This document shows, piece by piece, positions 1-10,100 of a DNA stretch of 40,615 nucleotides. Within the stretch, counting starts at the first letter, position 1. Every line of letters starts with the position of its first letter. The stretch comes from an uncultured Candidatus Saccharibacteria bacterium (GTDB lineage: Bacteria; Patescibacteriota; Minisyncoccia; Phycocordibacterales; UBA9973). Position numbers and translations under genes: made by a program. The notes beneath the pieces are model-generated. The model was given only the letters and a program-made list of their open reading frames with translations, did not search any database and was not told the DNA's origin. The stretch covers positions 1 through 40,615 of the forward strand of contig CAZSFR010000003.1 in assembly GCA_964606295.1 (NCBI GenBank), in the 5' to 3' direction.

Positions 1-144
1 AAACTCTGGCATCGTTCTTGCATGTGCGACAAAGCTGGGCATGACCATGATGGAAAATGTCCAAATGAATTCGAGACAAGCTATGCTCCCGACCGACCGG
101 AAATTGTCTATTGTGAGAGTTGTTACCAAAAAGAAGTGATTTAG
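1..144 (+). CDS. 3' end (partial) of a Cys-rich zinc-ribbon family protein, paralog of the next two genes
   Basis: Frame 1 reads KLWHRSCMCDKAGHDHDGKCPNEFETSYAPDRPEIVYCESCYQKEVI*, closely matching the C-terminus of 217..1956 (CMCDMVTHGHAGKCDNKFKTTYSPDKSEIVYCEKCYQSEIV). Confidence 0.9.
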   Translation, partial: KLWHRSCMCDKAGHDHDGKCPNEFETSYAPDRPEIVYCESCYQKEVI

Positions 145-181
145 GTAATGAATAATTAAGAATGAGGGAAGAAGCCGAAAA

Positions 182-209
182 TTGCAGAAAAGATTTTATC
201 GTGTAATAT
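182..209 (+). promoter_or_regulatory. Putative sigma70 promoter giving a leaderless transcript
   Basis: TTGCAG-16 nt-TAATAT, with the -10 box exactly 7 nt before the ATG at 217; no SD. Confidence 0.5.
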
Positions 210-216
210 CAAGACT

Positions 217-1956
217 ATGCAAGAAACTAGAACATGCCAGCACTGCCAAAACGCCTTTACCGTAGAAGCAGAGGATTTTGACTTTTATAAGAAAATCGAA
301 GTCCCTGCACCTACGTTCTGCCCACAATGTCGTTTAAGGCGACGAACAACATGGCGCAATGAGCGGACGCTTTATTCCCGACCCTGCGATGCATGTAAAA
401 AGCCGACTATCGGAGCGTATGCACCCGAAGCAGCCTTTACTGTCTATTGCAGAGAATGCTGGTGGGCAGACAATTGGGATTCGACATCTTTTGGAAAAGA
501 GTATGATTTTTCCAGATCTTTCTTTGAGCAATATAAAGAACTCCTATCTCGAGTACCACGCATAGCTCTTGTTGCAACGCAAAACATAGATTCAGATTAT
601 GCAAACTATTCTCTCTCAAATAAAAATGCGTATCTGTGTTTTGCTTCTCATTACAATGAGGACGGAGCCTATCTTCAGTATTCTAATCGAACGAAGAATG
701 CTTACGATTGTTTACATGTCTCCAACAACGCCGAGTTCGTTGTTGATTGCAACTATTGCACGCATCTATACCGCTGTGCGCATCTTACATATGCGGACTC
801 ATGCTCCGATGTGATACTTGGATATGATTTGCGTGGATGTGACCATTGTTTCGGATGCGTCGGACTTCGCCAAAAATCCTACTATATTTTTAATGAACAG
901 TATTCACCTGAAGAGTATAAAAAGAAAGTTGATGAAATAACGACTAGTAAGAAGTCGTTTACAAATGCAAGAGAAAAATTTAAAATACTCAAGGCTCAAT
1001 TTCCCCGAGTGTTTGCTTACCAACGTAAATGTATCGACTGTACAGGAAACGATCTCGAAGAAGGGAAATCACTTCACAATTCTTTTTCAATTAGAAACTC
1101 GGAAGAAGCAAAATATCTTTGGATAAATTGTGTTAACGTGAAAGACTCAATGGATATGAACAACATAGCGTACGATCCCGTAGAGCTCTCTTACGAATGC
1201 CAAGGAATGACGAATTCGACCAATATGAAATTCTGCGATGCATCATGGAACGGAGATACTTTTCTTGAATATTGCAATCTTTGCTTCTCATCACAAAATC
1301 TTTTCGGTTGCGTGGGCATAAAAGGCAAGAAGTATGTTATTTTGAACAAGGAATATTTACCAGAAGAATATGAGAGCGTGATCGAGAAGATCAAGAAGCA
1401 AATGATGGAAATTCCTTACGTAGATGCGCAGGGCATTGAATATCGCTACGGAGAATTTTTCCCGAGCGAGCTGTCACCTTTCGCATACAATGAGACAATC
1501 GCGATGACGTATTACCCGATCACCAAAGAGGAGGCTCTCGCTGGAGGGTATAAATGGAGAGACGAGATTGATCGAGGTTATAAGTTGACCATCGAATCAA
1601 AAGATTTGTCTGGAAATCCGGAGGAGTATTCGCAAGACCTTACCAAAGAAGTCATAGGATGTGGGCATGGAGGCACGTGTAAAGATAAATGCACCAGAGC
1701 ATTTCGTCTACTCCCCGGCGAAATTGAATTGTATAAAAGTCTGGGAATCCAACTCCCAACACTCTGTCCAAACTGTCGCAACATGGAACGTATCAATGCG
1801 CGCGGGCCATTCCTGCTTTTTCCTCGAGGGTGTATGTGTGACATGGTGACACATGGCCATGCAGGTAAATGTGATAATAAGTTCAAAACGACCTATTCAC
1901 CCGACAAATCAGAGATTGTGTACTGCGAAAAATGCTATCAAAGCGAAATTGTCTAA
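217..1956 (+). CDS. Cys-rich protein (N-terminal CxxC..CPxC zinc ribbon, central Cys-repeat solenoid, C-terminal zinc-binding motifs), function unknown
   Basis: 579 aa; CQHC...FCPQC, repeated CxxCFGCVGL/EYxxEEY, YGEFFPSELSPFAYNE, CPNC, terminal YCEKCYQ. Confidence 0.85.
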   Translation: MQETRTCQHCQNAFTVEAEDFDFYKKIEVPAPTFCPQCRLRRRTTWRNERTLYSRPCDACKKPTIGAYAPEAAFTVYCRECWWADNWDSTSFGKEYDFSRSFFEQYKELLSRVPRIALVATQNIDSDYANYSLSNKNAYLCFASHYNEDGAYLQYSNRTKNAYDCLHVSNNAEFVVDCNYCTHLYRCAHLTYADSCSDVILGYDLRGCDHCFGCVGLRQKSYYIFNEQYSPEEYKKKVDEITTSKKSFTNAREKFKILKAQFPRVFAYQRKCIDCTGNDLEEGKSLHNSFSIRNSEEAKYLWINCVNVKDSMDMNNIAYDPVELSYECQGMTNSTNMKFCDASWNGDTFLEYCNLCFSSQNLFGCVGIKGKKYVILNKEYLPEEYESVIEKIKKQMMEIPYVDAQGIEYRYGEFFPSELSPFAYNETIAMTYYPITKEEALAGGYKWRDEIDRGYKLTIESKDLSGNPEEYSQDLTKEVIGCGHGGTCKDKCTRAFRLLPGEIELYKSLGIQLPTLCPNCRNMERINARGPFLLFPRGCMCDMVTHGHAGKCDNKFKTTYSPDKSEIVYCEKCYQSEIV

Positions 1957-1957
1957 T

Positions 1958-3649
1958 ATGGAAACTCGAAACTGTCAGAATTGTAAAAAGGAATTCACGC
2001 TTGATAGCGATGACTTCGCTTTTCTTGAGAAGATGAAAGTGCCACCACCGACATTTTGTCCGGAGTGTCGCTTTGTGCGTCGCCTCGCGTATCGTAACGA
2101 AAGACGAATGTTCAAAGTCAAAGATGCGACGACTGGCAAAGAAATATTTTCTCTGTATCCAGAAGCGAGTGGACGAAAAATAGTGACACAGGAAGAGTGG
2201 TTTTCTGATTCATGGAATCCAGAGGATTATGGAAGGGAGTATGACTTCTCGAAGCCATTTTTCACACAGCTATTCGAACTAGATAAGGACGTACCGATTT
2301 ATGCGCTCAACGAACACGGTTTGGTCCGGAGTGATTACTGTGGCAATGCGAGCTATCTCAAAGATTGCTATCTGATTTTCAATTCCAATCGCACAGAGAA
2401 TTCCATGTATGGAAATGCAATTGATCGCTGTACAGACTGTGTTGATAATTCAAATGCCGGAGATTGCGAGAGGTGTTATGAGTCATTTTGGATTGCAAAC
2501 TGCTACCAATGCTACTTTTGCATCATGTGCGCCGATTCGAGAAATATGTGGTTCGCACGCGATTGTCTCGGATGCAGTGACTGCTTCGGTTGCGCCAATC
2601 TCCGCAAGAAATCATACTGCATTTTTAATGAACAATATTCAAAAGAGGACTATCACGCACAGATAGAGGCGATGAAACTTGATACTCGGGAGGGAATCGA
2701 GAAAGCTCGCGAGAGCGCAAGAGCATTCTGGGACACACAACCACACAAATACCATCAAGGCCTTCGTAACCTCAATTCAACAGGCGCGTATGTATCAGAA
2801 TGCAAAAATGCTATCGATTGCTATCTCGTGCGAGAGAGCGAGAATTTGAGACACTGCCAATACATGGTTGTGCCGGGCAACAAAGACTGCATGGATGCGT
2901 GCATATGGGGAGAAAACACCGAACTTTGCTACGAGACATCCATCTGTGGAGACAAAGCGTACAATCTGCGTTTTTCTGTCGACTGTTGGCCGAACGTTCG
3001 CGATAGTGAATACTCAATGCATCTGAAGTCATCATCTGATTGCTTCGGCTGTATCGGACTGCGCAGTAAACAATATTGCATTCTCAACAAAGAATATTCA
3101 AAAGAGGAGTATGTTGCACTCGTGGAGAAAATAAAAGCGCACATGAATGAGATGCCGTACGTGGATGCGCAGGGAAATGAATATCGCTATGGCGAATTCT
3201 TCCCGACCGAGCTCGCACCGTTTGGTTACAACAACACACTGTGTCTCGAACAATTTCCTCTCACAAAAGAAGAAGCGGTTGCAAAAGGTTATAAGTGGAT
3301 TGATGTACCGAAAGGAAATTATACTATTACAAAAAATAGTGATGATGTGTCAACAGCGATCAAAGATGTGGATGAATCAATAATCAAAGAAGTCTTCGGA
3401 TGTCGCGACTGTGGAAGCGCATACAGAATTCAAGTGAACGAACTTTCGTTTTTGAAAAAAGAAAATCTCCCCATTCCACATCTCTGTCCAGAATGTCGAC
3501 ATGTACGAAGGATTGCGGATCGCCTGAAACCCACACTCTATCACCGCTCGTGTGACAACAAATGCGGAAATGAATTCGATACAGCATTTCCACCAGAGAC
3601 AAAAAGTCCAATCTTTTGCGAAACGTGCTATCAAAACATGGTCGCGTAA
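1958..3649 (+). CDS. Cys-rich protein, tandem paralog of 217..1956
   Basis: Start reassigned to ATG 1958 (METRNCQNCKKEF), 1 nt after the upstream stop; colinear motifs FCPEC, CFGC twice, YGEFFPTELAPFGYN, FCETCYQ. Confidence 0.85.
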   Translation: METRNCQNCKKEFTLDSDDFAFLEKMKVPPPTFCPECRFVRRLAYRNERRMFKVKDATTGKEIFSLYPEASGRKIVTQEEWFSDSWNPEDYGREYDFSKPFFTQLFELDKDVPIYALNEHGLVRSDYCGNASYLKDCYLIFNSNRTENSMYGNAIDRCTDCVDNSNAGDCERCYESFWIANCYQCYFCIMCADSRNMWFARDCLGCSDCFGCANLRKKSYCIFNEQYSKEDYHAQIEAMKLDTREGIEKARESARAFWDTQPHKYHQGLRNLNSTGAYVSECKNAIDCYLVRESENLRHCQYMVVPGNKDCMDACIWGENTELCYETSICGDKAYNLRFSVDCWPNVRDSEYSMHLKSSSDCFGCIGLRSKQYCILNKEYSKEEYVALVEKIKAHMNEMPYVDAQGNEYRYGEFFPTELAPFGYNNTLCLEQFPLTKEEAVAKGYKWIDVPKGNYTITKNSDDVSTAIKDVDESIIKEVFGCRDCGSAYRIQVNELSFLKKENLPIPHLCPECRHVRRIADRLKPTLYHRSCDNKCGNEFDTAFPPETKSPIFCETCYQNMVA

Positions 3650-3668
3650 AGTATTGTAAACAGAAAAT

Positions 3669-3732
3669 TTGCTGGGTTGGCTTAGCGGTGAGACTTGGCG
3701 AAGTTCTATGGGAACGCGCTTCACACCAGCAA
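3669..3732. other. Intergenic interrupted hairpin of unknown function
   Basis: TTGCTGG/CCAGCAA outer stem with inner GTGAG/TTCAC, GCG/CGC, GTTC/GAAC pairings; no U-tract. Confidence 0.35.
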
Positions 3733-3746
3733 TCTCTAATGCAGGG

Positions 3747-3775
3747 TTGACAGGGAAAGCTCTTTCTGCTAGACT
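3747..3775 (+). promoter_or_regulatory. sigma70 promoter of the rpoBC operon
   Basis: TTGACA (3747-3752), 17 nt spacer ending TGC, TAGACT (3770-3775): near consensus with extended -10. Confidence 0.75.
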
Positions 3776-3880
3776 CGTCTCCACGATTGACTTGATTGTG
3801 TAGTGGCTATCAATCACACTATTAGTAGCAAAACACCCCATCATTTTGCGAAACCAAAACGCCACAAAATAAGTTTTTAA

Positions 3881-3908
3881 ACGAGCACGTCCTGTGCCCG
3901 TCTTTTTT
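3881..3908 (+). terminator. Attenuator-like hairpin in the rpoB 5' leader
   Basis: ACG-A-GCAC-gtcct-GTGC-C-CGT followed by CTTTTTT, about 30 nt upstream of the rpoB ATG. Confidence 0.45.
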
Positions 3909-3937
3909 GTGTTCTTTTTGTTTAGCATAAAACTATT

Positions 3938-6900
3938 ATGAAGGTACAACATACTCGTCCGAAGAAATACTTCGGCAAATATCGGGAGCCGCTTGCGGCA
4001 TTTCCAAACCTTCTCGAAACCCAAGTATCGTCGTTCAAGTGGTTTCTTGAAGTAGGCCTTAAAGAGATATTCCAAGAATTCTCGCCTATCAATGATTATT
4101 CAACGAAGAAGTTTACTCTGAAGTGGGATGATTTCACAATCGGTGAAGTCAAAACGACAGAAGAGTATGCAAAAGAAAACAAACTCTCATACGAGGTGCC
4201 ACTAAAGGCGCGTGTCTCACTTCTAAACAGACTAAACGGTCAAACAAAAGAGCAAGAAATATTCTTGACCGACATCCCGATGATGACGCCACATGGTACT
4301 TTCATCATCAACGGTGTCGAACGTGTCCTCGTGTCTCAACTTGCACGCTCATTTGGTGTATTCTTCACTGAACGTGAGGCAAAAGGCAAGAAGTTCTTTG
4401 GTGCAAAAATAATTCCGGGCCGAGGTGTCTGGATAGAAATCGATACGGAAGCTGATGGGGTAATCTATGTCCGTATTGATAAGAAGCGCAAATTCCCAAT
4501 GGTTTCGCTTTTCCGCGTTTTCGGACTTACAGACGAAAAGATGGTTGAGGTGTGCACTACTCAAGAAGAAAAGGATGCAATGGCACTACAAATCGCGAAG
4601 GATCCAGCGAAAACACTGACCGATTCATATCTTGAAATCTACAAGCGACTTCGCGACGGCGACCTCGCAACTCCAGACAATGCAAAGGAATTTATTGACA
4701 ATCTCTTCTCTTCTGAACGATACGACCTTTCGACAGTTGGACGATATACATTTAACAAAAGATTTGATAAACCGTTGGCGACAAAGGATCTTGAGAAACG
4801 TACTATAGACGCTGAAGATCTTTACGTCATCTGGTCACACGTGATCACTCTTACGAACACTCCACAGTCAAAAGGGGACGATATCGACCACTTGGGTTCT
4901 CGCCGTGTCCGCTACGTGGGCGAAATGCTCCAAGCAAAGGTGCGTGTTGGTATGACACAGATCAAGAGAAACATCCAAGACCGCATGTCAACGATTGATT
5001 CTGCGCAGGCTCTCCCTATCCAGATCATCAACCAGCGACCACTCCAGGCTCGTATCAAAGAATTTTTCTCAACAAACCAGTTGTCACAGTTCATGAACCA
5101 AGAAAACGTTCTTTCTGAAATAGAACACTCACGTATTCTTTCAGCGCTCGGTTCTGGAGGACTTACCCGAGAACGAGCAGGACTTGAAGTGCGCGACGTG
5201 CACCCATCTCACTATGGACGTGTCTGTCCGATTCATACACCAGAAGGTCCGAACATTGGTCTCATTCTCCACCTTTCTATTTATGCACGAGTGAATGACT
5301 TCGGTATTATCGAAACACCGTACATCAAAGTAAAGGATGGCAAAATCACAAAGGAAATTGTGTACTTGAACGCACTCGAAGAAGAAAAATACACGATTGC
5401 TCATGCTGGCGCATCGATAGATAGTAACGGAATGATTGAAGGCGAGTATGTAGAAGCGCGTATCAAGACAATGCCCGGATTAACTGCGCGAAAAGATATT
5501 GACTTCATCGACGTTGCACCACACCAAGCATTTTCTGTTGCGACATCGATGATCCCATTCCTCGAACACAACGATGCAAACCGTGCACTCATGGGCTCGA
5601 ACATGCAAAAGCAGGCAGTGCCGTGTATATTGCCTGAAGCACCATATGTTGCAACAGGTATCGAAGCCTTGGCTGCGAAATACTCAGGACGACTCCTCTA
5701 TGCAAATGAAGAAGGAACAGTGGAGAAGGTAGATGCTGCAAAAGTGATCATCAAAGATGCAAAAGGAACGATGCACACTTATCCGTTCGTGTCCTTTTCT
5801 CGAACAAACAACTTCAACATTCTTCATCACCGCCCTTGCGTTGATGTGGGACAAAAAGTAAAGAAAGGCGATCTCCTCGCTGACACATCCTCAACAGCGG
5901 GCGGACAAATAGCTCTCGGGCAAAATCTCCGCGTTGCATTCATGAGTTGGAATGGTAACAACTACGAAGACGCTATCATTCTCTCAGAACGACTTGTGAA
6001 AGATTCAAAATTGACTTCTATCTATGTTGATGAATTCGTCTGTCTCGTCCGCGATACGAAGCTCGGACCTGAAGTCACGACGCGAGATATTCCAAACGTT
6101 GGAGAAATCAAATTAAAGGACCTCGACGAAGAAGGAATCATCCGCATCGGAGCTGAAGTTCGAGAGAATGATATCCTCGTTGGTAAAATCACACCGAAAG
6201 GAGAAACAGAGCTTACACCAGAAGAGCGATTGCTTCGATCAATATTTGCTGAGAAAGCACGTGATGTGAAAGATTCGTCACTTCGGTTGCCTCACGGTAA
6301 GCGGGGACGTATCATCGGTGTAAAAATATTTTCTCGTGAAGCAGGACATCAACTCGAAAGTGGAGTTATCAAAAAAGTCGTGATCGAAGTTGCGCAGATT
6401 CGAAACATTTCAGTAGGAGACAAGCTCGCTGGACGTCACGGAAACAAAGGTGTTATCTCAGTTGTTTTGCCGGAAGAAGATATGCCGTTTATGGAAGATG
6501 GAACGGCTGTCGATATCATATTGACTCCGCTTGGTATTCCGTCTCGTATGAACTTGGGACAAATCTTGGAAATGCACTTGGGAATAGCAGCTGAAACATT
6601 GGGCTACCAAGCAATAGTTCCGCCGTTTGGAGGAGCATCAACTGACGAAATCAGGAAAGAATTGGTAGAAGCGGGCTATCCTGAAAGCGGACGCGTTCCA
6701 CTTTACGATGGACGAACAGGGGAAAAGTTTGGACGAGATATCGCTGTTGGTATCATGTATATTCTCAAATTGCACCACATGGTGGAAGACAAGATTCACA
6801 TGCGTTCGATTGGACCCTACTCACTCATCACTCAGCAACCACTCGGAGGAAAGGCACAAGGTGGAGGACAAAGATTCGGAGAAATGGAAGTCTGGGCGCT

Positions 6901-7126
6901 CGAAGGGTATGGTGCTGCCTATGCACTTCGTGAAATGTTGACAGTGAAATCAGATGACATCGTCGGTCGAACACAAGCTTTTGATTCTATTATCAAAGGC
7001 GACAATATTACTCACACCAACGCACCAGCGTCATTCTCTGTCATGCTCAATTACTTGCGCGGACTTTCCTTAAATGTCGAGCTTCTCTCAACGGAAGCAA
7101 TAGATGGTGATGAGGAATCTAACTAA
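3938..7126 (+). CDS. rpoB: DNA-directed RNA polymerase subunit beta
   Basis: GTFIINGVERV, DDIDHLGSRRVR, TPEGPNIGLI, RALMGSNMQKQAVP, GDKLAGRHGNKGV, GGQRFGEMEVWALE. Confidence 0.99.
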   Translation: MKVQHTRPKKYFGKYREPLAAFPNLLETQVSSFKWFLEVGLKEIFQEFSPINDYSTKKFTLKWDDFTIGEVKTTEEYAKENKLSYEVPLKARVSLLNRLNGQTKEQEIFLTDIPMMTPHGTFIINGVERVLVSQLARSFGVFFTEREAKGKKFFGAKIIPGRGVWIEIDTEADGVIYVRIDKKRKFPMVSLFRVFGLTDEKMVEVCTTQEEKDAMALQIAKDPAKTLTDSYLEIYKRLRDGDLATPDNAKEFIDNLFSSERYDLSTVGRYTFNKRFDKPLATKDLEKRTIDAEDLYVIWSHVITLTNTPQSKGDDIDHLGSRRVRYVGEMLQAKVRVGMTQIKRNIQDRMSTIDSAQALPIQIINQRPLQARIKEFFSTNQLSQFMNQENVLSEIEHSRILSALGSGGLTRERAGLEVRDVHPSHYGRVCPIHTPEGPNIGLILHLSIYARVNDFGIIETPYIKVKDGKITKEIVYLNALEEEKYTIAHAGASIDSNGMIEGEYVEARIKTMPGLTARKDIDFIDVAPHQAFSVATSMIPFLEHNDANRALMGSNMQKQAVPCILPEAPYVATGIEALAAKYSGRLLYANEEGTVEKVDAAKVIIKDAKGTMHTYPFVSFSRTNNFNILHHRPCVDVGQKVKKGDLLADTSSTAGGQIALGQNLRVAFMSWNGNNYEDAIILSERLVKDSKLTSIYVDEFVCLVRDTKLGPEVTTRDIPNVGEIKLKDLDEEGIIRIGAEVRENDILVGKITPKGETELTPEERLLRSIFAEKARDVKDSSLRLPHGKRGRIIGVKIFSREAGHQLESGVIKKVVIEVAQIRNISVGDKLAGRHGNKGVISVVLPEEDMPFMEDGTAVDIILTPLGIPSRMNLGQILEMHLGIAAETLGYQAIVPPFGGASTDEIRKELVEAGYPESGRVPLYDGRTGEKFGRDIAVGIMYILKLHHMVEDKIHMRSIGPYSLITQQPLGGKAQGGGQRFGEMEVWALEGYGAAYALREMLTVKSDDIVGRTQAFDSIIKGDNITHTNAPASFSVMLNYLRGLSLNVELLSTEAIDGDEESN

Positions 7127-7143
7127 CCAATAAAAATATTATT

Positions 7144-10100
7144 ATGAAAACACTCAACATAGGAAATTTCAATGAGATTCATCTCCGTCTCGCATCACCT
7201 GACCAGATTCGTGAGTGGTCATTTGGAGAAGTGACGAAACCAGAAACGATAAACTATCGCACAGGGCGAAGTGAACGTTTTGGACTCTTCGATGAGCGAA
7301 TTTTCGGACCGGAAAAAGATTATGAATGTTACTGTGGAAAGTACAAGCGTATTCGTTATGCAGGTATCGTTTGTGAAAAATGTGGAGTCGAAGTCACTCG
7401 CAGTATCGTTCGTCGTGACCGCATGGGTCATATCGAACTTGCAAGTCCTGTCGCGCACGTCTGGTTTTTGCGTTCCGTCCCTTCCCGTATGTCTATACTT
7501 CTCGGTATAGCACAAGGAGAACTCGAAAAGGTGGTTTACTTTGCTGGATATATCGTCACGAAGTTGAACGAAGACGAGAAATCTACTATTGAAAAAAATC
7601 TCGAGAATGAATACAAAACGAAGGCGAAGAGTATGCAGAATGAAGATGACAAGGAAAAATTGAAAACTCTTTTTGTGAACGCCAAGAAAGAACTCGCTGA
7701 GCTCGTGCCAGGAAAAGTGATGAACGAAATTACGTATCACCATATGAGCAAGCGCTACGGTACTTGTTTCGAAGCGACAATCGGCGCAGAAGCGGTTTAT
7801 AATATATTCAAGTCACTTGATCTTCCAAAACTTCGCATTGAACTTGAAGCGAGTATCGAAAAGGCAGGCAAAATGGATAAAGAAAAGATTCGTCGCCGTC
7901 TCGCGCTCGTTCGCTCAATGACACACGCAAATATTCGTCCTGAGTGGATGTTCTTGACTGCACTTCCTGTCGTACCACCCGCACTTCGACCGATGGTGGC
8001 TATCGATGGTGGACGTCACGCGACCAGTGACCTCAATGACTTGTACCGACGTGTGATCAACCGCAACAATCGTTTGAAGAAATTGAAAGAAATTGGTGCA
8101 CCTGATGTCATTCTTCGAAATGAGAAGCGTATATTGCAGGAAGCATGTGATGCACTAATCGACAACTCAATGGGAAGTGATTCTGATGCGCAAGCGATGG
8201 CAAAATCTCAACGCCGAGCTTTGAAATCTCTCTCTGATAACTTAAAGAGTAAACAAGGTCTCTTCCGTCAAAACTTGCTCGGAAAGCGTGTGGACTATTC
8301 TGGACGTTCAGTGATCGTCGTCGGTCCGCAACTCCGCCTTTCTCAGTGCGGTCTCCCAAAGCACATGGCACTTGAGCTCTTCCGTCCGTTCGTTATCTCG
8401 AAAATTCTAGAGCGTGAACTCGCGTACAACATTCGTGGGGCAAACAGATTGATTGATGATCAGATCCCGGAAGTGTGGGCAATACTCGAAGAAGTGATTG
8501 AAGGCAAGTACGTTCTCTTGAACCGCGCACCGACTCTGCACAGATTGGGTATACAAGCTTTCATGCCGATATTGATCGAAGGAAATGCGATCCAGCTTCA
8601 CCCGCTCGTCTGTACAGCATTCAACGCTGACTTCGACGGTGACCAGATGGCAGTCTACGTGCCACTTTCAACAGAAGCGCAAGAAGAAGCTCGTACGCTC
8701 ATGGCCGCAACGCAAAATCTTCTCAAGCCTGCAAACGGTGATCCGATTATCAACCCTCAAAGAGACATGGTTTTGGGAACATATTGGATGACAAAGACAG
8801 TGGAGGGAGAAAAGGGTGAGGGGAGTGTGTATCCAAGTCCTAACCACGCAATCTTGGCGTATGATTTTGGAGCAATCGAACTTCGTGCGATCGTAAAGGT
8901 ATTGCCGACAGACAAGGAAAAGTATAATGCCTTTAACGGCGAGCTCTTCGAGACGACTGTTGGACGCCTTCTCTTCAATACGATTTTGCCAGACGATTTC
9001 CCTTATCTCAACGAAGAAATTACAGCAAAGCGTGTTTCGAAAATTGTTGATGAATGTATTGCACACTACGGCATCGAGAGAACTCCTGCTGTGATCGACA
9101 AGATCAAGAACTTCGGATTCAAGTATGCAACGAAGTCAGGAACTACATGGAGCATCGACAACGTCGTCATTCCAGAAAAGAAAGACGAGATAGTTGAACG
9201 TGCTCGTAATCGTGAAAAGGAAATTATTGGCCACTGGCATGAAGGCCTCCTTTCTCATGACGAGAAATACCAGAAAGTAATTGAAATTTGGGAAGGAGTA
9301 AAATTAGAAATTGAAAAAGAAATTTCCACAAATCTCGACAGGACGAGTTCAACATTCGACCTTGTTTTCTCAGGTGCTCGAGGTACTATGTCCAGCCTTC
9401 TCCAGATGTCTGGTATGAAAGGTCTCATCCAGAACACAACAGGGCGTATCATCGATTATCCTATCGTACAGTCATATATTCAAGGACTTTCCCCGATCCA
9501 GTATTTCATTACGACGCACGGTTCTCGCAAGGGTCTTGCCGACACGGCGCTCAACACTGCGAAAGCTGGATACCTCACACGTCGCCTCGTTGACGTCGCG
9601 CAGGATGTAGTGATTACAGAGAAGGATTGTGGAACAACAGAAGGAAAAATGATGCACAAAGATATTGTTTCCGGAATCATAATTCCACTTTCGAAGAATA
9701 TTCGTGGACGTGTTCTCATGACACCAGTCAAAGATGCGTCAGGAACAGTACTCTTCAAGAAGGGTCACCTTACAACGAAAGAAGAAGCCGATACGATAGA
9801 CGCGATGGGTGTCACTGAAGTTTTCGTTCGAACACCTCTTACATGTAAGACGAAATATGGTATTTGCCAAATGTGTTACGGTCTTGACCTCGGGCGTGAC
9901 TCTCTAGTGAAGCTCGGTGAAGCTGTCGGTATTATCGCTGCACAGGCAATCGGAGAGCCGGGAACACAGCTGACGCTTCGAACATTCCACGCCGGAGGTG
10001 TGGCGGGAATCGACATTACGCAAGGTCTTCCTCGTGTCGAAGAAATCTTCGAACGACGTCTGCCGAAAAATCCAGCAACTGTTGCGACAGTTAGTGGAGA

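Noticed and set aside
1853-1957. N-terminal extension of the second Cys-rich ORF in the ORF track
   Set aside because: Overlaps the upstream gene; family homology begins at ATG 1958
3671-3731. tRNA-like start GCTGGGTTGGCTTAGCGGT
   Set aside because: No proper T-arm or anticodon arm and an incomplete acceptor stem; kept only as a generic hairpin
3377-4075. 232-aa minus-strand ORF, and similarly 32288..33106 and other antisense ORFs
   Set aside because: Shadow frames overlapping well-supported genes, with no recognisable motifs
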